This document shows, piece by piece, positions 8,944 through 19,956 of a stretch of 64,000 bases of DNA. The stretch comes from Promethearchaeota archaeon (GTDB lineage Archaea; Asgardarchaeota; Lokiarchaeia; Sigyniarchaeales; SOKP01), in assembly GCA_016840085.1 (NCBI GenBank), contig JAEOTA010000004.1, positions 1-64,000 on the forward strand, in the 5' to 3' direction. The position numbers and the translations under genes were made by a program. Within the stretch, counting starts at the first letter, position 1. The number at the start of each line of letters is the position of its first letter. The notes below the pieces were generated by a model. It saw nothing but the letters and a program-made list of their open reading frames with translations. It had not been told where the DNA came from and did not search any database.

Positions 8944-10407
8944 TTAATCTTCTCCCCAAGATTCATACTCTTTCATGAATTCATCTGGCTTCCATTGGGT
9001 TTCCATAAATTTTGGGATACCAGAACTATCTCGAGGTCCTACAACTACAAAAGCGTTAGCTTCATCTTCTAAAGCTCCACTTAACCGAGCAGCCATGCCA
9101 GGAAGAATAAGAATTCGATGTTTAACTTTATCAAAAGCTCCAAATTCTTTTGCTGCTTCCGCTATACTGCCAGCATTAAATTGGCCACCAGCAACAGCGC
9201 TCTCTATTCCGATACCCTCAGAATCCACCACCAAAAGCCAACAATCTAAATTCGCTCCCTTCAAATCTTGTTCTACTGGGATTTTAGTCATTCTATAATT
9301 ACTGGTGACAAATATTGGAGCCATAGCCATATCCTCTGGTTCTCCTATCTTATAGAGTCCAGGATCAACAGCAGGATAAATTCGAGGATCTGAAAATACA
9401 CTTTGACGTAATGTCATTAATGCTAGAAGAGCCCAGATTTCTTCTTTCTTCTTACCAGTATGTAAAACAATCAGATTTGTATCAATAGATTCCATCATTG
9501 CACCCATTATTAATTCTTGATATTGATGTTCCCAAAGTTTTTTATCATCACTTATATCCATTAGACTCCAGTAAGAAGCTGGAACCCCCATTACAGCCCA
9601 ACCAGCGTTTACATTTTCTTTCTTTATAGCAGCAGTCCTTAATTGCATAATATTATCATAAGTTATTGAAAGATTACCAGAGCCATAATAGGTTCCTGAA
9701 TCCAAAACTATCTCTTTAACACCTAACTTTTGCAAGGTAGCACTTAAAGACATTAATTCATCTAAATTATTAGAAAAAATTGCGACAGATAAACCATTCT
9801 GCACAGCAAATTTACCAATTTGCTCCCATGTATCTTTCGTAATAGCATATAATAAAGGCTTTTTATCTTTAATCTCTTCAGCACCAGCTAATAATATATC
9901 TGCATTAATACTACAGAGCATTATGGGAAGATTGGAAATTTCAGTAATTTTCTTAGCTGCTAATTTAAATTGATCAGCATCTCCAGAAACATTCCTTAAA
10001 GCAATTCCATCCAGGGTAAGTACATCACCAATTCTTTCTATTTTAAGATCTGTAAGATATTTGACAGTCTCTTCTAAATCGGGGTCATCATCAGCAATTT
10101 CCATAAAAATTGCCGTTTGATTATAATAAGTAAGCTGATGCCGCATTAATACCTCTTCTCCTCCAACTGTAACTGCGCGATCTCCAGTTCCAATAATAAC
10201 TGGTTTCTGAGGTGGTGTAATAAGTATAATAAGCTTTTCTCTATTTTTTGCTTGTTTAGGATCCTGCATTAAATGAGGACAGTCTTGTACTCTAATCTTT
10301 CTTTCGAGGATGTCAGTTGCGAATGCCATACATGTGTCATATCCACATTCTTTACAATTTGATTTGTCCAAAAGAGCATAAATTTCTAACGGACTTGGTC
10401 TAGCCAT
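8944..10407 (-). CDS. cdhE: Acetyl-CoA decarbonylase/synthase gamma subunit (corrinoid FeS protein large subunit)
   Basis: N-terminal NCKECGYDTCMAFA...CP FeS domain, GGEEVLMRH, C-terminal LILPGMAARLSG...VVVGPRDSSGIP. Confidence 0.93.
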   Translation of the reverse strand: MARPSPLEIYALLDKSNCKECGYDTCMAFATDILERKIRVQDCPHLMQDPKQAKNREKLIILITPPQKPVIIGTGDRAVTVGGEEVLMRHQLTYYNQTAIFMEIADDDPDLEETVKYLTDLKIERIGDVLTLDGIALRNVSGDADQFKLAAKKITEISNLPIMLCSINADILLAGAEEIKDKKPLLYAITKDTWEQIGKFAVQNGLSVAIFSNNLDELMSLSATLQKLGVKEIVLDSGTYYGSGNLSITYDNIMQLRTAAIKKENVNAGWAVMGVPASYWSLMDISDDKKLWEHQYQELIMGAMMESIDTNLIVLHTGKKKEEIWALLALMTLRQSVFSDPRIYPAVDPGLYKIGEPEDMAMAPIFVTSNYRMTKIPVEQDLKGANLDCWLLVVDSEGIGIESAVAGGQFNAGSIAEAAKEFGAFDKVKHRILILPGMAARLSGALEDEANAFVVVGPRDSSGIPKFMETQWKPDEFMKEYESWGED

Positions 10408-10598
10408 TTTATCAACCTTTTTAAAATTCTTTTTTACTCTCTAGAAAATATTCAATAAGTATGTGTAGTCTAATTGTAAATTGAATTAAAAATTTGGTTT
10501 TTTCCAAGCTATGATAATTTCAACCTCTCTTATCAAGATTTAATTCCAAAAGTGAAGTAGTAGAAAATTATTAAAAAATTTTCGAATTTAATTAATTA

Positions 10599-12041
10599 AT
10601 GGCTAAAGATCAAAATCACTTTGCTGATCTTCATTCTTTATTTTATCCTAAACATATAGCTTTTATTGGAGCTTCAGAAAGTTCAGCTTTAGGTTCAATG
10701 TTATATTTGAACTCCTTTAAAGAATCTATATGGTCAGATACTTTTTATCCCGTTAATCCGAAACATGAGAAAATCTTAGATTGGAAATGTTATCCCTCTG
10801 TTTTAGATGTTCCTTATTCCATAGATACAGCCTATATCTCATTAAAAACTGAATTTATACCAAAAGCTTTAAGAGAATGCGTAAAGAAAGCTATTAAGTG
10901 GGTAATTATTTTTGCATCTGGATTTTCTGAAACAAGAGACCCTAAGGGGAAAGAATTAGAGAGAGAATTACTGGAAATAATCAAAAATACAAATACAAGA
11001 ATAATTGGACCTAATTGTTTGGGACCCTTTAATGCTGAAATCGGAATGACATTTTCATATGCTTCTCAAAGAGGAAATCATGGAGGTGTATCTTTCATGT
11101 CACAATCAGGAGGGCATTTAACTCAATTATTTAATGTCGGATATAAACGGGATATTAGATTCAATTTAGGTATTAGTTTTGGTAATCAGATTGATATGAA
11201 TTGTGTAGATTTCATAAAATATTTTCGTAATAATCAAAAAACGAAATTGATTGCCGCATATTTAGAATCTTTTGGTTCAGCAACAGGTAGAGAATTATTT
11301 TCAGAGCTTAAAAAAACAACAGAAAGAAAACCTGTGATATTATGGAAGGGAGGATATACGAAAGAGGGAATAAGAGCCGCTTTTTCTCATACCGGTGCTA
11401 TAGTTTCTGATATAGATCTATGGGAAGCTATGGTTAAGCAAACTGGGACAGTTTTAGTAAAAGATAATGAACAATTTTGGAATGCAATTAAAACTTTTGA
11501 ATTAATTTATCCTAATTATCTTCCCAGAGGGGATAATATTGGAATTATAACTCCTGGCGGAGGAGCGTCTGTTAATTTGACCGATTTGTTTGCTAATCAA
11601 AACTTTAAAGTTCCAATATTAACATTAGAATCTCAATCCAAAATTGCAGATATTCTTCCAGATGTAAATGTTAACATTAAAAATCCCGTTGATCTTGGTG
11701 CTTCAGGCTTCATATTGGATATTTTTACAAAATGTATTAAGGTTGTGGCTAAAGATCCCAAAATTGATATCATTATCACATCTTTATGGCCAGATCATAT
11801 ATATCGCCATGCTTTTAAGAGAATACTCGAAATCCGTGATCTTACCTCAAAACCACTTGCTCTCTGTCTACCAACTATGGCTGATGACGGGATCCTAGCA
11901 AAAAGGTTTGATTCAGCAAAAAAAATATTGCATAAAAAAAGAGCTTTATATTTCTTATCATTAAGAGATGCTGCTCGGAGTATGGCATTTATTTGTCAAT
12001 ATTCTAAATTTTTGAAATCCCATAAAGCGATTTACTCTTAA
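10599..12041 (+). CDS. Acyl-CoA synthetase (NDP-forming) alpha subunit / CoA-binding protein
   Basis: IAFIGAS, YPVNP, GPNCLG, SQSGG, SHTGA phospho-His motif, NPVDL. Confidence 0.9.
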   Translation: MAKDQNHFADLHSLFYPKHIAFIGASESSALGSMLYLNSFKESIWSDTFYPVNPKHEKILDWKCYPSVLDVPYSIDTAYISLKTEFIPKALRECVKKAIKWVIIFASGFSETRDPKGKELERELLEIIKNTNTRIIGPNCLGPFNAEIGMTFSYASQRGNHGGVSFMSQSGGHLTQLFNVGYKRDIRFNLGISFGNQIDMNCVDFIKYFRNNQKTKLIAAYLESFGSATGRELFSELKKTTERKPVILWKGGYTKEGIRAAFSHTGAIVSDIDLWEAMVKQTGTVLVKDNEQFWNAIKTFELIYPNYLPRGDNIGIITPGGGASVNLTDLFANQNFKVPILTLESQSKIADILPDVNVNIKNPVDLGASGFILDIFTKCIKVVAKDPKIDIIITSLWPDHIYRHAFKRILEIRDLTSKPLALCLPTMADDGILAKRFDSAKKILHKKRALYFLSLRDAARSMAFICQYSKFLKSHKAIYS

Positions 12042-12969
12042 GTGAAAAAATATAGAATAAAATGATTATTTCTTTTATTTTTATTAGATAATATATAGAT
12101 CCATTAAACTAATATTTTAAAGAAAGAGATAAGAAGGAAAACAAAATTCAAAATTTTGAGAGAACAAGACAGTTAAAGGCGAAATCCAAGGTACGATTTT
12201 AAATTTTGCATCTCTTCTTACTCATGGTTCTAAATTTAAGTATAAAAATCCTAATGTAATTTGGATCAAAATCTTCATAATTACAAACTTAGTTAATTAC
12301 ATATGTATACTAATAAAGCATTCAAATCGATACTCTTAATTTAGTCTGAATTAAATCTCGTTTTAAAATAATGTAAAACTATATCCACTTCCCTTTTTGA
12401 TATCATATTTTAAAGATTCTTTAGGTAAAATTTTACCCTAAGTAAATCGGCAACTTGGTTTACTATATCAGATTTTTACTAGTGTTTTCCTCAATTGACT
12501 TTCATGTCAGTGATCCACGAAATCGAAATTTTGTGTTATTTAAAAATTATCAATCAGAGAAGAACGCTCCTACTCTTTGATCTCACCGATGAGGAAAATA
12601 TTTATAAGTGATACTCCTTATTTTCTTTTCTTAATTAGCTCAAAATAATAAGGAAAAACTACATATTTAAAATAACATTAGATACTTTTTAAAGTTTGCA
12701 TGGATGAGGGAAAAAATATCCAGAGTTAGGCAAGACTAGATTTATTCCTCCAACTTTTATAGTTGGAGGATAACTCTTTTTATTTATTCATTAAAAATCT
12801 AAACAGCATAATAGTCCTGGTTAATCTCTTTATCCAATCAATATAGATTAGGTGTAAGCCTTTCTGTAAACCTATTGAGAAATATATAATGCTGAAATTA
12901 TCTAATTTCTATTTTTCATTTTAAAAGTAAGTAAAAAAAATAATATGTTTTTAAAATTTAAGTACCATT

Positions 12970-13506
12970 CTAATAATATTCAGTTTTGAATATCATTAAC
13001 GCGAAAAAGCTGTAAAAGACTATATTTATTAGACAACTTAATGTAATATTAGCTACAATTTCTTGAAATGACGCCCATCCAAATGTTGTATCTAACGTAT
13101 CTTGAAATGTTAGACTTAATAATGCCCCAAGTATTACTACTACACTACTAATAATGGCAGTTAAAAGCCAACCACTGAAACATTGCAATTTTGATTCTCC
13201 AAAGTTTCCAGCTAGAATAGCAGCTACCAAAGGTGCTATTAGATATCCGAGTCCTAAAAGTAAATTATCCATATTATTATTTAATAAAGGATCTATTACC
13301 AGCCAATTTAAATTATTAAACGGAATACTCACAATAGAACCAAATAAGTAATATAAAATCATTAAAGGAGCTGCTTTAATGGAAGACAAAAGATCATCAA
13401 ACCCTACTGGAGAGAGTAAATAATATAAAATAGTAAATATAAAATTTAATCCAACAAAAGCTACCAAGCTTAGCAAAAAGGCTTTACCAAACCCCATTTT
13501 ACTCAA
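12970..13506 (-). CDS. Hypothetical integral membrane protein
   Basis: 178 aa, about 4-5 hydrophobic segments. Confidence 0.7.
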   Translation of the reverse strand: MSKMGFGKAFLLSLVAFVGLNFIFTILYYLLSPVGFDDLLSSIKAAPLMILYYLFGSIVSIPFNNLNWLVIDPLLNNNMDNLLLGLGYLIAPLVAAILAGNFGESKLQCFSGWLLTAIISSVVVILGALLSLTFQDTLDTTFGWASFQEIVANITLSCLINIVFYSFFALMIFKTEYY

Positions 13507-13688
13507 GTTCCCTAATTTGTTTATTTTATTATGAAAATGTAAGATTCGATTTTATTTGATATATAAATAATTAACTTTTTAAATTTTAGGGTAATTAGAA
13601 TTGAAATTATTCTTTATTTTAAAATATATTAATTTTGTCAACCTTTCAAATTTAAATAGTTTTCTTCTGTTATTATATTGAGAATGCT

Positions 13689-14714
13689 ATGAGAAACAAG
13701 GAGCATTTTACTCTTGGGAAATTTAAACATAAATATTTAGCAGACTTACTTTCAAATCTAGAAATTCAAGATAATAGAGTAATTATGGGCTCTAAAATTG
13801 GAGAAGATGCTGCTGTGATTGATATTCCTGGTGAAAATTATCTAGTTGTGAAAACAGATCCTATTACATTTGCGACAGACCAAATTGGTTATTATATAGT
13901 AAATATTAATGTAAATGATCTAGTTTGTACAGGAGCTAAACCTAAATGGTTTCAATCTACAATATTATTGCCTGAAGAAAACACAACAGAAGAATTAGTT
14001 GAAGGTATATTCACAGATATCCATAACACTTGTAAATCTATGAGAATCACTGTTATTGGAGGACATACAGAGATTACTCCAAATCTGGATCGACCTTTAA
14101 TAATTGGTTCATTATTAGGAGAAGTTAAGAAAGAAAAGCTAGTGCTTACTTCTGGTGCTGAACCAGGAGACGCACTTATTTTAACCAAAGGTATATTTAT
14201 TGAAGGGACCTGTATTATTGGGAGAGAGAAACAAAATGAATTACTAAAACATAATTATGATCTTAGCTTTATAGAAAGATGTAAAAATTATCTTTATAAA
14301 CCGGGTATCAGTGTTTATAAGGAAGCGTTATTAGCAAATAAACACTTTAAAATAAAAGCCATGCACGATCCCACCGAAGGCGGAATTTATACTGCTATAG
14401 CTGAAATGACCATTGCTTCAAATACAGGAGCTTACATTGAAGAAAAGAAAATAATTATTTTACCAGAACCAAAAATTTTAAGTAAAATTTTTGATCTTAA
14501 TCCATACAATACTATATCCTCTGGATCATTATTAATTGCTGTGAATCAAAAAGATTCATCTAATGTAATTGATCTATTAAGAAAAAATAAAATAGTTTCA
14601 GAGCAAATTGGTACTTTTGTTTCTAAAGATAAAGGTTTGAAAGTTAAGAAATCAAATGGTAAAAAAAGTTTGCTTAAATACTCAGAAACTGACGAAATTA
14701 CAAAAATTTTCTAA
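13689..14714 (+). CDS. AIR synthase/HypE-like (PurM superfamily) protein
   Basis: GEDAAV, KTDPIT, NVNDL, GGHTE, MHDPTEGG, ISSGSLLI. Confidence 0.88.
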   Translation: MRNKEHFTLGKFKHKYLADLLSNLEIQDNRVIMGSKIGEDAAVIDIPGENYLVVKTDPITFATDQIGYYIVNINVNDLVCTGAKPKWFQSTILLPEENTTEELVEGIFTDIHNTCKSMRITVIGGHTEITPNLDRPLIIGSLLGEVKKEKLVLTSGAEPGDALILTKGIFIEGTCIIGREKQNELLKHNYDLSFIERCKNYLYKPGISVYKEALLANKHFKIKAMHDPTEGGIYTAIAEMTIASNTGAYIEEKKIIILPEPKILSKIFDLNPYNTISSGSLLIAVNQKDSSNVIDLLRKNKIVSEQIGTFVSKDKGLKVKKSNGKKSLLKYSETDEITKIF

Positions 14715-14867
14715 ATAAATCTCAAATTAAATTTATTCTATAAAATTGTCCTTTTTAGTTGACCAATATTTTTATTTTTTAAATTTTATTTATAATATAA
14801 ATAATCCTAAGAATTAAGGGTTGTTTAAATTTGAATATAATTTTTCTAATCAAATAATTGGTTAAAG

Positions 14868-16793
14868 TTGGTTAACATAGAATTACCTGAAATCTTAGAT
14901 TTCTTGAAAGTACAAGTCAATGGAAAAGAATTTAACCTTAAATTAGAAACTAACATTTTTTCTGATATTTTAAATAAAAAAAAAGAAGAGTATGAAGAAT
15001 TTAAGAAAACCATCAAATCAAAGTGGGATGATTTTAATCGTAAAAATGAAGAAAGGATTATAAAAAAAACTTTTACAACCTTCTTCTATAATAATTTTCA
15101 CGATTTTTTTAAATTTTTTATCTATAAATTTTTTGGATTTGATAAAAAATCATTGAAACTAGTTATTAAAGAAAAGATATCTGATAAAATATTATTTTTA
15201 GAATATAATTATTTTTTAACTCATGAAGAAGAAACTCATTTTGATAACACTTCTAAAGATTTAAAAGGAGGAATATTCTATGGCTTTTCATTTACTACGG
15301 GATATCTTTATTTTCTAATTAAACTCTTAGGTATGATAATTAGGAAAACAATTCAAGAAAAATTATTTATATTGCTTGATGGAGTTATAGTTAGAGAAGA
15401 AGAAAACAACAATACATTGAAATTTATGATAATTATAAAGGATAGTAAGGATGAAATTTTCTATAGCTACTATAATATGGTTCTGTATTATTTTCTCAGA
15501 CATTTCAAAGGAATTCCAGAAGATTTTTATAATAAATTACTAGAGGGAAGAGAAAAACTATATCAAACAGCTATAGAAGAATATTCGTATGCTAAAGAAA
15601 AATTAGTTGATTTATTATATTATTTTTACAAAAAGTGTAATTTATTACAAAGTTTTTCACCTTTATTGGATTTCTTTAATTTTGTAGGCTCACGTGTAGA
15701 AGATTCTTTATTTCCTAAAGTAGAGACTATTAGAAAAGAGTTCCTTTCAAATTTAGATTATGGCATTGAGAAAAAGAATTCATTAATTAATTTTTTTAAT
15801 TTTCTTGATAGAAAATCCACGTTATACTCTACATTTCAAGCAAACAACTTACCATCTCCAAAATCACAGTTAAATCTATTCTTATTATATATGAAATACT
15901 ATTTTGGGAGTGGCCTTGAAGCACTAGAAGTAAGTGATTTACTTTTCTTACCAAAAATTTTTAAAACTACGTTAGATCAACATAATAAGAACGTAGATGA
16001 TGTAATTGGAGCTAATTTCATTAATGAAATAAACAATTTTCTGAAATTTATTTCTGCTTTATCTAATATTGAGAACATTAATATTTTCTTCCAAAAAGTC
16101 TTTAAAAAAAACATTTCGCAATTAAATTATGGTTTTTTCAAAACATTCTTAAAAAGTTTTAATTCAAATTTTGCTAACGAAATCGATCAAGAAAATATTC
16201 TTCTTTCCGAAAATTCTAATAATACTCCTTTTACTTTTAATATTATTGTAGACCACATATGTAGGATGCTTTACGTACTAATTGATAAGATCTTCCTTAG
16301 AAATACACCAGATGAAGCATCTGTAAATTTCATTGACCCTCGAGGTCGATATATTGGTAAAAATATAGCCTTACGAGTTTTAGAACTATATGTTTTTCAA
16401 GATATTAACTATTCTGATGATGTTTGGCCAGATTACATAATCAGTTTAAATAAAGAATATTTTAAAGAGGAGTTAAAGAGATTTGATGTTAAAATCCCTG
16501 ATACGCATTTCTATACTGATGAAGAATTAATTCAAATTATGCTTACTTATAATATTCAATCATTCTCTGATCAGCCTTTTTTCGAGGAATGGATAATTTA
16601 TGAGATTATTATACCTTTGCATAATCTAATATCGAATATACATAGATCTGTGAGAGACCCATCAAATGAAATTGAAGTTTATGAGAAATTAAGTGAATTT
16701 TTCCTTTCAGATATTGAAGATAAAGAAACCATAAAGGATTTTAAAGTTATCTGTCAACAACTTGCTCCTTTTTGGAAACAATTTAAGTTTTAA
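14868..16793 (+). CDS. Hypothetical protein (641 aa, helical, F/Y-rich)
   Basis: Long ORF with the codon usage of the window; no motif recognised. Confidence 0.7.
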   Translation: MVNIELPEILDFLKVQVNGKEFNLKLETNIFSDILNKKKEEYEEFKKTIKSKWDDFNRKNEERIIKKTFTTFFYNNFHDFFKFFIYKFFGFDKKSLKLVIKEKISDKILFLEYNYFLTHEEETHFDNTSKDLKGGIFYGFSFTTGYLYFLIKLLGMIIRKTIQEKLFILLDGVIVREEENNNTLKFMIIIKDSKDEIFYSYYNMVLYYFLRHFKGIPEDFYNKLLEGREKLYQTAIEEYSYAKEKLVDLLYYFYKKCNLLQSFSPLLDFFNFVGSRVEDSLFPKVETIRKEFLSNLDYGIEKKNSLINFFNFLDRKSTLYSTFQANNLPSPKSQLNLFLLYMKYYFGSGLEALEVSDLLFLPKIFKTTLDQHNKNVDDVIGANFINEINNFLKFISALSNIENINIFFQKVFKKNISQLNYGFFKTFLKSFNSNFANEIDQENILLSENSNNTPFTFNIIVDHICRMLYVLIDKIFLRNTPDEASVNFIDPRGRYIGKNIALRVLELYVFQDINYSDDVWPDYIISLNKEYFKEELKRFDVKIPDTHFYTDEELIQIMLTYNIQSFSDQPFFEEWIIYEIIIPLHNLISNIHRSVRDPSNEIEVYEKLSEFFLSDIEDKETIKDFKVICQQLAPFWKQFKF

Positions 16794-16809
16794 ATATAAG
16801 CTAATTTTA

Positions 16810-17316
16810 TTATTCAATATTAAAAATTTTTAAAAATTTCTGAAAATCTTTTTCTATATCAATTATTGGTGTATTTGAAAAGCGTTCTAACTTGAGGTTT
16901 GATAAACAAATTATTCCAGAAATCATTTTTATATTTCCAGTTAATTGCTCATCAATCTCCTCAAATTTTTTGATACATAGAACAGTTGGATTGTTTAGAT
17001 TCCTAAATCCTTCAGTTAAACATATATCTATTTTGTAAGGCCCATTTTGAAGCCAATTTATAGTCTCATCTATAAATTTATCACTAAATTTTGAAAATAC
17101 AGCGATCTCTCTATTCTCATTTTCAATGACCGAATAAGTTGCTCCAGCTTCAGTAAATTTATAAGAATCTTTTCCTTCCTTATCAACTTGGTGATCTTTT
17201 ACATTTTTAATAACTGCAACATTATAATTTAAGTATTCTTTAAGTAGTTTTATTGCTTTTACTATAAAATTTGTTTTACCTGAACCAGAATATCCTACAA
17301 TACCTATTATTTTAAT
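16810..17316 (-). CDS. mobB: Molybdopterin-guanine dinucleotide biosynthesis protein B
   Basis: Missed by the ORF track. Manual translation (ATT)KIIGIVGYSGSGKTNFI...VAVIK...DKEGKDSYKFTEAGA...DICLTEGF, 168 aa. An in-frame TAA sits two codons upstream of the ATT. Confidence 0.88.
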   Translation of the reverse strand: MKIIGIVGYSGSGKTNFIVKAIKLLKEYLNYNVAVIKNVKDHQVDKEGKDSYKFTEAGATYSVIENENREIAVFSKFSDKFIDETINWLQNGPYKIDICLTEGFRNLNNPTVLCIKKFEEIDEQLTGNIKMISGIICLSNLKLERFSNTPIIDIEKDFQKFLKIFNIE

Positions 17317-17540
17317 GAGTTACTCACTCTTTTAGACTATATCACTAACATATACACTTATTAAAGAAAAAAAAATATCTAAGTTTTCTTAAATAATAAA
17401 ACTTTTAAAATTAGTTTGTTCTAAACAAATATTTGTTTTTTCATCGGATAATATTAAAATAAAAATATTATAATATCTTCCGATTTAATATTTATTTAAA
17501 TAAGACTTTTCTAAAGTACTGAAAATATTAATATAAATTA

Positions 17541-19532
17541 ATGTCTACTAAAAAAGAAAGGATTGTATTTGACGCAAATTTCTTTATTTGCATGTTGCGA
17601 ATAAAAGCGCGAAGTATATTAAAAAATTTAGAAAAAGCTGGAGAAGATTTAAAGTACGAGTACTATATCTCTGAAGTTGTATTTGATGAGATTAGAGCAC
17701 CACCAACGTACAAAGAGAAGTTAAAGACCATCATAAATGTAAAAAAAGTATCTAATGTTGAAGTTGATGCTGTTAAAGATGATCTTAGTCAATATAACAT
17801 TAAATTTCCTGCTCAAGATCCTGATCTCTCATTAATTTATATTGGAAAGAGACTATTAACTGAAGATGAGTCACTACCAGTTCATCTTGTTACTGACGAT
17901 TTTAAATTAGTAAAAAACGCAGGTTTTCTCTATAAAGGTAAAATCAATATTTTATCTCTTTCTAGCTTTCTTCTAAAATTACAGAAATCAACAAACAACT
18001 CCCAAATGAGAACTTATTTCAAAGATATTTGGAAACGAAGCTTAAACTATACTTTATCTTATATGATTGAGCGTTCTAAGATTTATCCTGCTGAACAAAA
18101 AATAACTTGGATAATTGAGAGAGCTGTGGCTGTTACGGAGGATTCAGTTATATCTAGCGATATTGAATTAGAAAATCCAGATGTGGGTGTAAAGTTTGAA
18201 GTAGGAACTTCAAAATATGCTGAAGAGATTAAAATTGCTGAGAAATATATTGCTAATCAGGATCTTCCTCAGAGCGAAGAAGAGAAGGTAGTAGGTATTT
18301 TGAAATTTCTTGAAAACTTGAAAATATCACGAGAGTATGTAATTCGAGCTCGTGAAGCAATAATTAAAAGTGTACCAAAAGAAGCAGTTAAATCCTTAAA
18401 AAAAGGTAATGGATTTTTGGTCTCTTTACTTCAAGTAGCCTCAGGGCAATTAACTGATTTAAAGGATTATAAAATTGTTGAACAATTAATATGCTCTGAA
18501 ATAAGTAAAATGGAATTTTTACGAGCATTTTTATTAGTTTCTCTTGGTAGAGTAAATGATGCAATTGATTCACTTGAAAGAGCAGCTCTTTTTTCAACAA
18601 TTATTTATAATTATAAAACTTGTTTAACTCTAAATTACGTAAAAGCATTAATCCTTCTTTTTCATGGATTGTACGAAAATGCTATAAGGCAATATAATTT
18701 TACAGAGGAGTTAGCTGATATATATGAAGATAGTATGTTAAAATTAAAATGCTTAATAGGTAAAGCTATAGCTCTTTATATACAAGGTGAAGATAAGAAA
18801 GCAGCAATTACGATAATGGAGGAAATATCAACTATGGATTTAGATGAAAATTTCCTAGATGCAATTATTGTGTTTAGTGAGCTTGGTGATTATTTCTTGG
18901 CAATGGGGCATTCTCAAATCGCTGCTAATTTATATAATCAAGCTTTAGAGATATCTATTGACTATAAATTAGGATTTAAAAGTGAGATTTTGATAGGGAA
19001 ATTAAAAAGAGCTTATATAGCAACCGTACTAGAAGGTTATAGCACAGAATATATGATTGATAAATTGGATCTTTTATTAGATAAAGCTTATGCCGTTAAG
19101 GATGTAGAAAAATATAATGAACAAATAAAAAAGATATCTAGCTTTAATATGCTTTTTTATACCCCTTTTGAATACATCTCAGGAAAGAATAAGATAATAC
19201 CTTACTTTAAACTTCCAAAAGAACTTAAAGAAGATTACTTAGAAGTTGTATATTTTGAAAAAAATAAGCAAAAAGAAGATGTAATTTTTTTCATCGTTTC
19301 TCATTATGAATTAGGTTTACTAGGGATTAGATTAAAAACAAGTGAAAATGTTTCTGGAATAGCAGAAAATTATTCTTTAAAAATAAAGCCAACAGCTAAA
19401 GTAAAGATTTATAAACCAGACGAAAATTTAAGAGAAAGTTACCTAATACGGGCTATTATTGAAATAACAGCTAAGGATCAGGTTTTAATTGAATATACTC
19501 TTCCTTCCTTTTTTAAACAATTAAATTTATGA
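17541..19532 (+). CDS. PIN-domain nuclease fused to TPR-like repeats
   Basis: N-terminal IVFDANFF...SEVVFDEI...QDPDLSL...LVTDDFKL (PIN acidic tetrad), then TPR-like helices (LGDYFLAMGHSQIAANLYNQALEI). Confidence 0.75.
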   Translation: MSTKKERIVFDANFFICMLRIKARSILKNLEKAGEDLKYEYYISEVVFDEIRAPPTYKEKLKTIINVKKVSNVEVDAVKDDLSQYNIKFPAQDPDLSLIYIGKRLLTEDESLPVHLVTDDFKLVKNAGFLYKGKINILSLSSFLLKLQKSTNNSQMRTYFKDIWKRSLNYTLSYMIERSKIYPAEQKITWIIERAVAVTEDSVISSDIELENPDVGVKFEVGTSKYAEEIKIAEKYIANQDLPQSEEEKVVGILKFLENLKISREYVIRAREAIIKSVPKEAVKSLKKGNGFLVSLLQVASGQLTDLKDYKIVEQLICSEISKMEFLRAFLLVSLGRVNDAIDSLERAALFSTIIYNYKTCLTLNYVKALILLFHGLYENAIRQYNFTEELADIYEDSMLKLKCLIGKAIALYIQGEDKKAAITIMEEISTMDLDENFLDAIIVFSELGDYFLAMGHSQIAANLYNQALEISIDYKLGFKSEILIGKLKRAYIATVLEGYSTEYMIDKLDLLLDKAYAVKDVEKYNEQIKKISSFNMLFYTPFEYISGKNKIIPYFKLPKELKEDYLEVVYFEKNKQKEDVIFFIVSHYELGLLGIRLKTSENVSGIAENYSLKIKPTAKVKIYKPDENLRESYLIRAIIEITAKDQVLIEYTLPSFFKQLNL

Positions 19533-19536
19533 TGTT

Positions 19537-19809
19537 TTATTCTCTCCTTAAACTTTTATCTCTTTGACTTATTTGATGAGAATGAATCGCACAGCTTATA
19601 CAGTAATATTTGGTCTTAGTTGGAGCCTGAATTATTGTACCTGCTTTTTTCAATTCAGCATACATCCTTCCATCAACTAAAGAAACTCTCCTTGTTACGG
19701 CTTTCGCTTTACTTCGGGCGACAAAGCGACCACATTTACTACATTGAACTTTATTATATTGACCTTTTCTAGAACCACTTTTACCGCCACTTTTTCTTTT
19801 TTTCGGAAT
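19537..19809 (-). CDS. rps26e: Small-subunit ribosomal protein S26e
   Basis: Missed by the ORF track. (ATT)PKKRKSGGKSG...VQCSKCGRFVARSKAK...YYCISCAIH, 90 aa. Confidence 0.95.
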   Translation of the reverse strand: MPKKRKSGGKSGSRKGQYNKVQCSKCGRFVARSKAKAVTRRVSLVDGRMYAELKKAGTIIQAPTKTKYYCISCAIHSHQISQRDKSLRRE

Positions 19810-19956
19810 AAAGATCAGCTAGTTTTAATTTTTGTTTATTAATTATATAATTTCTAAAGAAATTGAATTGGACAAAACTTAAAAAATTTATTCTTTCATT
19901 TAGATTATTAAGAGAATCAATAAATTTCTAAAAATACTTGACTTCATTAATTGGAA

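Noticed and set aside
10483-10547. Nested short inverted repeats between cdhE and the acyl-CoA synthetase gene
   Set aside because: Short AT-rich arms are expected by chance; could be an operator but this is not supportable
12855-12867. Minus-strand ACAGAAAGGCTTA resembling RNase P CR-V
   Set aside because: No CR-I/P4 partner in the required position; the upstream sequence is AT-rich spacer and a CDS
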